Source of the DNA: Fimbriimonadia bacterium
GTDB lineage: Bacteria > Armatimonadota > Fimbriimonadia > Fimbriimonadales > JABRVX01
NCBI GenBank assembly: GCA_041483895.1
Contig: JBGPGO010000008.1
Span: 96,001-160,000 of the forward strand
Direction: 5' to 3'
DNA length: 64,000 nucleotides
Position numbers and translations under genes: made by a program. This document shows positions 58,064-64,000 of this stretch, piece after piece; positions within the stretch are counted from its first letter, which is position 1, and every line of letters starts with the position of its first letter. The notes below the pieces were generated by a model. It was not told where the DNA came from. It did no database searches and saw only the letters and a list, made by a program, of their open reading frames with translations.

Positions 58064-58819
58064 ATGTTTCGATATTATTTTTTCGGCTCGCTTCTGACCT
58101 TGACAACATCTATCGGACTGGCGCAGTCCATCAATGTGAACCCGATTGGTGACGTGTGGTTCTATAAGAATGCCCCGAACCCGGCCACCGATCCATACGC
58201 CTTGGCATGGGGGGACGGAACCAACGATTTGGCTCCCACATTCCCTCCCGACGACTTTTATTCCTACAGCTACTTCAAGTTCGACCTTGGCGGGGCTTTC
58301 GACTCGAGCAAGACGTACACCCTCACAATGGCCACTCTGACGGTGTACCAGTACCCAGGCGCCGGATTCGATGCCGACTTGGCGAAAAATAACCCGCTGC
58401 TGGCCAGGGCTTTGGGAGATGGTTGGGAAGAATCGACGTATGCGTTCGGGGCCGGCAACCCGTCGCCAGGGTCGCTGCTCGGCGCGGGGGACATGTCGAA
58501 CTACGACAAGGCCGGATATTGGGCGATAACCATCGATCTGCTGTCGGGGGACGTCGGCGCGATAACAAATCTTTTCAACGACGCCGTACATAGCAATGGA
58601 CACATTGACTTTTCACTGTCGACGATAATGAATCCCGGCGGCCAGACGGGTACGAAATACTATACGCTGGCCACGAGGGAAGCGCAGGCGCAGTATCGTC
58701 CGACATTGGAAATAACGACAGTGCCGGAGCCGGGCGCGATGGTACTCTTTGGGCTACTAGGCTTATTAGCGCGGAGGAAAGGCCATAAAAGCACGCAAAA
58801 CGGGGTTCACGCTGATTGA
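58064..58819 (+). CDS. PEP-CTERM protein with DNRLRE/CBM96-like domain
   Basis: Signal peptide; YSYFKFDL, ATLTV, WEE, ATRE..RPTLEI; VPEPGAMVLFGLLGLLARRK. Confidence 0.85.
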   Translation: MFRYYFFGSLLTLTTSIGLAQSINVNPIGDVWFYKNAPNPATDPYALAWGDGTNDLAPTFPPDDFYSYSYFKFDLGGAFDSSKTYTLTMATLTVYQYPGAGFDADLAKNNPLLARALGDGWEESTYAFGAGNPSPGSLLGAGDMSNYDKAGYWAITIDLLSGDVGAITNLFNDAVHSNGHIDFSLSTIMNPGGQTGTKYYTLATREAQAQYRPTLEITTVPEPGAMVLFGLLGLLARRKGHKSTQNGVHAD

Positions 58820-59570
58820 GCTGTTGGTGGTCATCGCGATCATCGCGATACTCGCCGCGATTCTGTTCCCGGTCTTCGCCCGGGCCAAGGAGCTTTCTAA
58901 GGAGCGCGCCTGCGCCACCCACATGAGCCAAACGGGCAAGGCCTACCTGATGTATCAGGACGATTCTGACGGTCGCGTCCCGCCCGCATACTATTGGAGT
59001 ACCGCAGTTAAGTCCATCCCGGATAACCAAGGCTTCTGGGCTTGGCCCTGGCTGACGCGGCCGTATGCCGAGAGCTTTCAAGTGTACACCTGCCCCTCGG
59101 ACACGAAGGACGATCCCTCGTGCCACGCCGATGAATGCGGAGTCCCGGGGCCCTATAGCTGCCGGGACCAGCGCAATCCCTGCTTCGGATATCTTTTTGG
59201 CCGGTTCCCAAGTTGGGGCTACAACTTTTGGTATCTGTCACCGGGGAGGGACACGGACTATCCGGACAACGAGCCATTCTTTCCTGTGACGGCGCGAAAG
59301 ATCCAAGACCCGGCTGATACCGTTGTCTACGCGGAAAGCACTTCGCTCTTCCCCGATGGACCGGGGTATCGCATCACGTCGGATATAGGCTACATCCTGG
59401 TCTATCCGCCACAGAAGTGGACTCTAACGCTGCCGGCGGACGGAACCACGTTCGGGCATGTCTGGCCCCGCCACAACCGCGAACACGTCACCACGCTGTT
59501 TCAAGATGGACATGTCAAGTCCATCTCATTAGGAAGGTTGAAAGATGAAAGTCTTTGGGATTTGCGCTAG
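58785..59570 (+). CDS. Prepilin-type N-methylation (DUF1559-like) protein, proposed ATA start
   Basis: KARKTG/FTLIELLVVIAIIAILAAILFPVFARAKE begins upstream of the ORF-track start; TCPSD; RHNREHVTTLFQDGHVK (H-X9-DG). Confidence 0.88.
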   Translation: MKARKTGFTLIELLVVIAIIAILAAILFPVFARAKELSKERACATHMSQTGKAYLMYQDDSDGRVPPAYYWSTAVKSIPDNQGFWAWPWLTRPYAESFQVYTCPSDTKDDPSCHADECGVPGPYSCRDQRNPCFGYLFGRFPSWGYNFWYLSPGRDTDYPDNEPFFPVTARKIQDPADTVVYAESTSLFPDGPGYRITSDIGYILVYPPQKWTLTLPADGTTFGHVWPRHNREHVTTLFQDGHVKSISLGRLKDESLWDLR

Positions 59571-60636
59571 CCTGCTTTTCGCGGCATGCTGTTTCGCGCA
59601 GCAGCTCGACACCTTGGCGAGCGATGACGTATGGTGCTATGTCCATTCTCTAAATCCGACGACTGATCCGTATATGCGCGTGTGGGGTGATGGGATCGAT
59701 GCCATTCATCCCTGCCCACCTGACTTTTATCATTCTTTCTCCTATGTAAAATTCGCTTTGACGCCGACGTTTGACGCATCGAAGAACTATGCAATCACAT
59801 CGGCCAAGTTAATTCTAACTCACGCATCCGATCCCGGCTTCACGGTTGAGCAGGGCCTCGCCAATCCTCTGCGCGCTTACAGTCTTGGGGACGCTTGGAG
59901 CGAAGGCACATGGGATTTCAGTCAGGTCGGGATTGGGATTCCCTGTCCCATGGACCCATATTTTGGCGAAGGGGACCTGTCCGGATATGTCGCGACGACG
60001 GACAAATTCCCGATTCCCATTGACCTTGCGGGACCCGCTTTCTCGGACTACTTTAACGAAAGCCTCCATGCGACGGGCAAGCTGGATTTGGCGCTCTGCT
60101 CCACGATCGCGCCGGGGGATCAGGGCGGAGTGATCTTTTACAAGCTGGTGACGAAGGATCACGTTTCGGGTCTTGGGCCTCGGCTGCAGCTTGTCGCGAC
60201 GCCGGCAAAAACGGTGGCAGGAACCGTCGAACTGGATCAGTATCTTGGCCCGCTCAATCAGGTGGCGCTAACGTTCGAAGTGCGGCAGCCGGGCAGCCAA
60301 GTTGCGATCGAGACCCACACAGTGATGCTGGACGCGCAAGGAAACTACCAGTTCGGTACGGCACAGTCGGGACCGGTCGATATTGCGTGCAAGGGACCGA
60401 TCTGGTTGAGGCAGGTCCAGGGCGCCACAATTGATGGCGGTCCGGTGACGGTCAACTTCAGCCTCACCGGCGGTGACGCCGACGGGAACAACGCCGTAGA
60501 GCTCAAGGATTTCAACACCGTGCTGATCAATTTTAGCCAGTCCGTGCCGGACGGCGACGTCAATGGCAGCGGCATGGTGGACCTCAAGGACTTCAATATG
60601 GTGCTGATCAACTTCGCGCAGATCGGCGCTCCGTAG
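59545..60636 (+). CDS. Paralog of the 58064 domain with a dockerin-like C-terminal module
   Basis: DVWCY..NPTTDPY..WGDG, FSYVKF; GDADGNNAVELKDF...GDVNGSGMVDLKDFNMVLINF. Confidence 0.85.
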   Translation: MKVFGICASLLFAACCFAQQLDTLASDDVWCYVHSLNPTTDPYMRVWGDGIDAIHPCPPDFYHSFSYVKFALTPTFDASKNYAITSAKLILTHASDPGFTVEQGLANPLRAYSLGDAWSEGTWDFSQVGIGIPCPMDPYFGEGDLSGYVATTDKFPIPIDLAGPAFSDYFNESLHATGKLDLALCSTIAPGDQGGVIFYKLVTKDHVSGLGPRLQLVATPAKTVAGTVELDQYLGPLNQVALTFEVRQPGSQVAIETHTVMLDAQGNYQFGTAQSGPVDIACKGPIWLRQVQGATIDGGPVTVNFSLTGGDADGNNAVELKDFNTVLINFSQSVPDGDVNGSGMVDLKDFNMVLINFAQIGAP

Positions 60637-60639
60637 CCG

Positions 60640-61029
60640 CTATTTCCGGTGGAACGTGATGCCGCCCGTCTTGTCGCCTTCCGTAACGAACGCCAGCGCC
60701 TTGCCGTCGGAACTCATGTGCAACTTCATCGGCTCCATCTTTGCGCTCATGCCTGCCGGCGGCTTGACGGTTAGTTCGATTGTGTCGCCGAACATCGTCC
60801 AGGTTCCTTCCATGGACCCAAATAGAGTCAGCTTGAACGTCTTATCCGAGCGAATCTCCAGGCTCGGGCTGCCCATCATCGATCGGAACGCCTCGGCCTT
60901 CTGACCGGATTCCGACGACGGGTCCTGCGCAGGGGGCAGGTCACCGGACCAAGTGCCGACCGGATTGGGTCCCCCGCAGCCGATCAGGATGAATAGGCAT
61001 ACCGATAATCCTGCGACGAGAAGTTTCAT
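60640..61029 (-). CDS. Small lipoprotein, lipocalin-like
   Basis: Lipobox LIGC; PVGTW; GTW. Confidence 0.75.
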   Translation of the reverse strand: MKLLVAGLSVCLFILIGCGGPNPVGTWSGDLPPAQDPSSESGQKAEAFRSMMGSPSLEIRSDKTFKLTLFGSMEGTWTMFGDTIELTVKPPAGMSAKMEPMKLHMSSDGKALAFVTEGDKTGGITFHRK

Positions 61030-61144
61030 ATTTTTCCCTCCTGGATCCGCGATCATCTAGGCGTCGCGTTCGCCGACCGATTGAATACGAGACCGTTGAG
61101 CTTACCATTTTGGGCGATACCGGTCAACGATTGACCGTCCTGGC

Positions 61145-61660
61145 TCATTCCGTCTCGCTCAACAACTGCCGCAATGGCTCTTTGAGTGTCTCGCTGTCGG
61201 GATACCTGGCGAGCGCCTCTTCCAAGATCGCGATGGCCAGCTCCCGATTGCCCAACTCATAGATCGCGTGGGCCTTCGCGTCGTAGAGAACCTCTTCCGT
61301 CGGCTGCCAGAAGCCCAGCTCGAACTCCTCCTCGCGCAGCGCGATGGATTCTAGAGCGTCATCGGCGGTTTCGATGGCATCCTGCCAGCGCTCCAGCGAG
61401 CACAGGGCTTGGGCCTTTTCCGCCGCCGCGTCCACCGCCTCCGGCACCATCTCCAGAACGCGGTCATAGCAGATCAGCGCCTCTTCGTAGCGTTCCAGTT
61501 GCTGCAAGATGTCGCCCTTAATGGCGAGGGCCTCGGCATTGTCCGGCTCGTGCGCGATGGCCTTCTCGATCCATTCGAATCCGAGCGGCGCATTGGCGCA
61601 CGAAAACGCGAGCCATTCGGCCAATTCGATATACTTGTCCACGCGATGCGTCGGGACCAT
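61145..61660 (-). CDS. TPR protein
   Basis: KGDILQQLERYEEALICYDRVL. Confidence 0.85.
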   Translation of the reverse strand: MVPTHRVDKYIELAEWLAFSCANAPLGFEWIEKAIAHEPDNAEALAIKGDILQQLERYEEALICYDRVLEMVPEAVDAAAEKAQALCSLERWQDAIETADDALESIALREEEFELGFWQPTEEVLYDAKAHAIYELGNRELAIAILEEALARYPDSETLKEPLRQLLSETE

Positions 61661-61795
61661 GGGGGGAGTATACCGACGGCTGCGATGAGACTACGATGCC
61701 AATGATGCGACCGGTCTCCTGACCGAGTCGCAAGTTTGGGCGGGTCCTGTGCTGGGTTTTGCACGAGCAGTGGTGGCGCGGGACGAATGAGCGGA

Positions 61796-62335
61796 TTACT
61801 GAGAGAACGTGAGGGAATCCAAGATAGCCGCCATTTCCGACGTCGGTGCCGTGGTACGCTCGTCCACTATGACCAGATAGACTCGATCTTTTCCTCGAAC
61901 GGCTGCTAATCGCAGGACGGTCGGACCATACAGCTTTGTGGCGAAGCGGAGGCACTCTATGTCCTTGCCGCCTATTGTCAAAGTCTCATGGGTCATTGCT
62001 CCAAGGCGCTGTGAGGAAGAGTTCCGTAGCCAGCGATCCGCGAAGACTTTTACCGCCGTCCCATGCGGTATGGGTTCCGAAACAATGCCGATTGGTGCAT
62101 GACCTTGTTGCCAGTCCCATCCTTTTGGTGCGAACATTATTCCGCCGCCCTTCGGATCGGGAGGACCAGGGTCCCATGTGTCTGGCAATCGGGCAGACAA
62201 ATAAGGGTCCGAATAGGCCACCATTCCGCCAGTGTGGGCACATCCGGCCACCAGCGGAACGCTCATCGAGAGGATGGCTGCCGACAAGAACCCTAGCCCA
62301 AAAAATGGGGCGGGAAAGCAACGCATGGCCTTCAC
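61796..62335 (-). CDS. Putative lipoprotein, PsbP-like
   Basis: LVAGC; YSDPYLSARLPDTW; ILDSLTF. Confidence 0.6.
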   Translation of the reverse strand: MKAMRCFPAPFFGLGFLSAAILSMSVPLVAGCAHTGGMVAYSDPYLSARLPDTWDPGPPDPKGGGIMFAPKGWDWQQGHAPIGIVSEPIPHGTAVKVFADRWLRNSSSQRLGAMTHETLTIGGKDIECLRFATKLYGPTVLRLAAVRGKDRVYLVIVDERTTAPTSEMAAILDSLTFSQ

Positions 62336-62853
62336 TTCGACATCCGAAAACTCGATAGTATCCCGGCGATTTCCGCATCATCTCTCTTTGGGACGGTGCG
62401 CACTCCCACAACATAAGTATTCTCGATGCCGGGAATGATGGCTTGCCTGAGCTGCACCGGACCTCCATGGCGCGATTCATTGAACAGAAAGCAGCGGTAG
62501 GACCAACCTCCAAGTAGCATGGTGGACTCCGCCGCGGTTGCGCCGACCGCGTTTTTGGCGTATCCTGAAGCTACGTCTTCCAATTCGCTTGCCAACGACG
62601 AGCCTGCGCCCCGGTGGACGACGACCGTGAACGGCTCCGGCCCGGTCTTCGACCAATCCTTCGGGCGCACATAAACGCCGAGTGCACCTGGTGTCGTTTC
62701 GACAATCCAGGTCGCAGGATACCGGAATTCGAAATAATCATTCGTGTAAGTCTTGAACTCTGGACCCTGTCGGCATCCTACAGGGATGATGAACACGACA
62801 ACGAGTACACCGATCATCAACCTGCGGCTGGTAGACCCTTTCACCGCTGACAT
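62332..62853 (-). CDS. Putative lipoprotein, PsbP-like (probable paralog of neighbour)
   Basis: PVGC; YTNDYFEFRYPATW; ILSSFRM. Confidence 0.65.
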   Translation of the reverse strand: MSAVKGSTSRRLMIGVLVVVFIIPVGCRQGPEFKTYTNDYFEFRYPATWIVETTPGALGVYVRPKDWSKTGPEPFTVVVHRGAGSSLASELEDVASGYAKNAVGATAAESTMLLGGWSYRCFLFNESRHGGPVQLRQAIIPGIENTYVVGVRTVPKRDDAEIAGILSSFRMSK

Positions 62854-63137
62854 TGTTACGCGCTGAATGCAGCGCAGCTGCGTCTGGATATTCATCATCT
62901 GGTCGCCCCATAGCACCCTACCGAGCCAGTAAATCCCGGTGCAAGTCGTTATTCGTAACGACCAACACAGATCGGTCAGTTTACCCACATCCCGAAGAGC
63001 GCGGATAGATTCGTAGGGTGGCCATATCGATTAGGCTTCAAGCCCCTACCGACCACTTCCTGCTTGCTTCGCCTGATACAATTCGCACTGATAGCCATGA
63101 TTATCAACGAGAAATCAATCGATCGTCGGTGTGCAAA

Positions 63138-63887
63138 ATGAACTTGCCTATGGAGATGCTTCGGAGCCAGGTCGCCTCGCAGCCGTATCCAGTCATGTTC
63201 GCGACCATCAGTGGAGCGCACCTCTACGGATTCGCCTCCGAGGATTCCGACTTCGATTTGCGTGGCGCGCACGTCCTGCCGGCAAGGGACGTGCTTTCTC
63301 TCGATCCTCCCAAGGAAACAACCGACACCTCCGCCGTCGTCGAAGGCCACGAGGTCGATATCGTGACGCATGATGTGAAGAAGTTCTTCGGCCTACTCCT
63401 AAAGCGAAACGGGTATGGGTTGGAACAGGTGATGTCGCCCTTGGTGGTTCATTCGACGCCGGAGCACCGCGAGCTGATAGCGCTCATGCCTAAACTGGTC
63501 ACCCGCCACCATTGCCACCACTATCTCAGCTTTGCCGAGAATCAGTGGAAGGAGTTCAGTTCCGAAAGTCCGCCCCACCTGAAACCGCTGCTGTATCTCC
63601 ATCGAGTGCTGCTCTCGGGAATTCATCTGATGCGGACAGGGGAGGTGGAGGCAAACCTAGTGACGCTTGCCACAGAGTATCATCGGCCGGATCTGTTCGA
63701 GTTGATTGAAGCGAAAGTGCATGGAAAGGAGAAAGCGCTTGCCAAAGTGCACGTAGAACAGCAGGAGGCGAGCTACGAGGAATTGGCTCAGCAACTGCGC
63801 GACGCCGGCGAGCAGTCCACGCTGGCAACCGAACCGTCCGCACGTCCCGCGCTGAACGATCTGTTGATCCGATTGCGGCTCGGCTAG
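63138..63887 (+). CDS. Pol-beta superfamily nucleotidyltransferase (YcgL/RlaP-like)
   Basis: SGAHLYGFASEDSDFDLRG, KPLLYLHRVLLSGIHLMRTG. Confidence 0.85.
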   Translation: MNLPMEMLRSQVASQPYPVMFATISGAHLYGFASEDSDFDLRGAHVLPARDVLSLDPPKETTDTSAVVEGHEVDIVTHDVKKFFGLLLKRNGYGLEQVMSPLVVHSTPEHRELIALMPKLVTRHHCHHYLSFAENQWKEFSSESPPHLKPLLYLHRVLLSGIHLMRTGEVEANLVTLATEYHRPDLFELIEAKVHGKEKALAKVHVEQQEASYEELAQQLRDAGEQSTLATEPSARPALNDLLIRLRLG

Positions 63888-63944
63888 GCCATGTAACTCG
63901 CGAGTCCGAAATGCGCTGCTCGTAGTCCGGAAAGGAGTGTAACA

Positions 63945-64000
63945 ATGTCAACCAAACCATTGATTTCTACTCTGCTGCTCGCCGTCGCTGCGCTAACTGT
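63945..64000 (+). CDS. Start of an exported protein (partial)
   Basis: AAGGAG SD; MSTKPLISTLLLAVAALT. Confidence 0.6.
   Translation, partial: MSTKPLISTLLLAVAALT

Overview
GC-rich bacterial chromosomal window with about 55 CDS and one tRNA-Cys. No transposase, integrase or CRISPR array is visible. Armatimonadota is inferred, not proven, from the many PEP-CTERM proteins, a recurrent beta-sandwich + dockerin-like C-terminal module and a DUF1559-type prepilin. Housekeeping blocks: rpsU-HD phosphohydrolase-ybeY-dgkA-corC, tRNA-Cys-scpA-scpB-DD-carboxypeptidase-rluB-lnt, nadK, aroF, ispG, ada. These are interspersed with surface and secreted proteins, including a thioester alpha-2-macroglobulin, Ig-repeat and beta-propeller proteins, and peptidases. 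Main observations: (1) a candidate modular surface-display system: five tandem PEP-CTERM paralogs with a possible cohesin-like fold, three proteins ending in the same dockerin-like module, and an operon where one passenger domain carries PEP-CTERM in one gene and the dockerin-like module in another, flanking a pseudopilin. (2) A dispersed 58-59 bp hairpin family (6 copies) with compensatory stem changes, two copies inserted in frame in a glycosyltransferase. (3) An unannotated 58-aa Fic antitoxin convergent with a frameshifted Fic toxin. (4) Apparent non-canonical starts (ATT, CTG, ATA) behind strong SD sequences for scpA, scpB and the pilin. (5) A candidate sigma54-driven structured sRNA. All family calls come from reading motifs by eye; no database searches were run.
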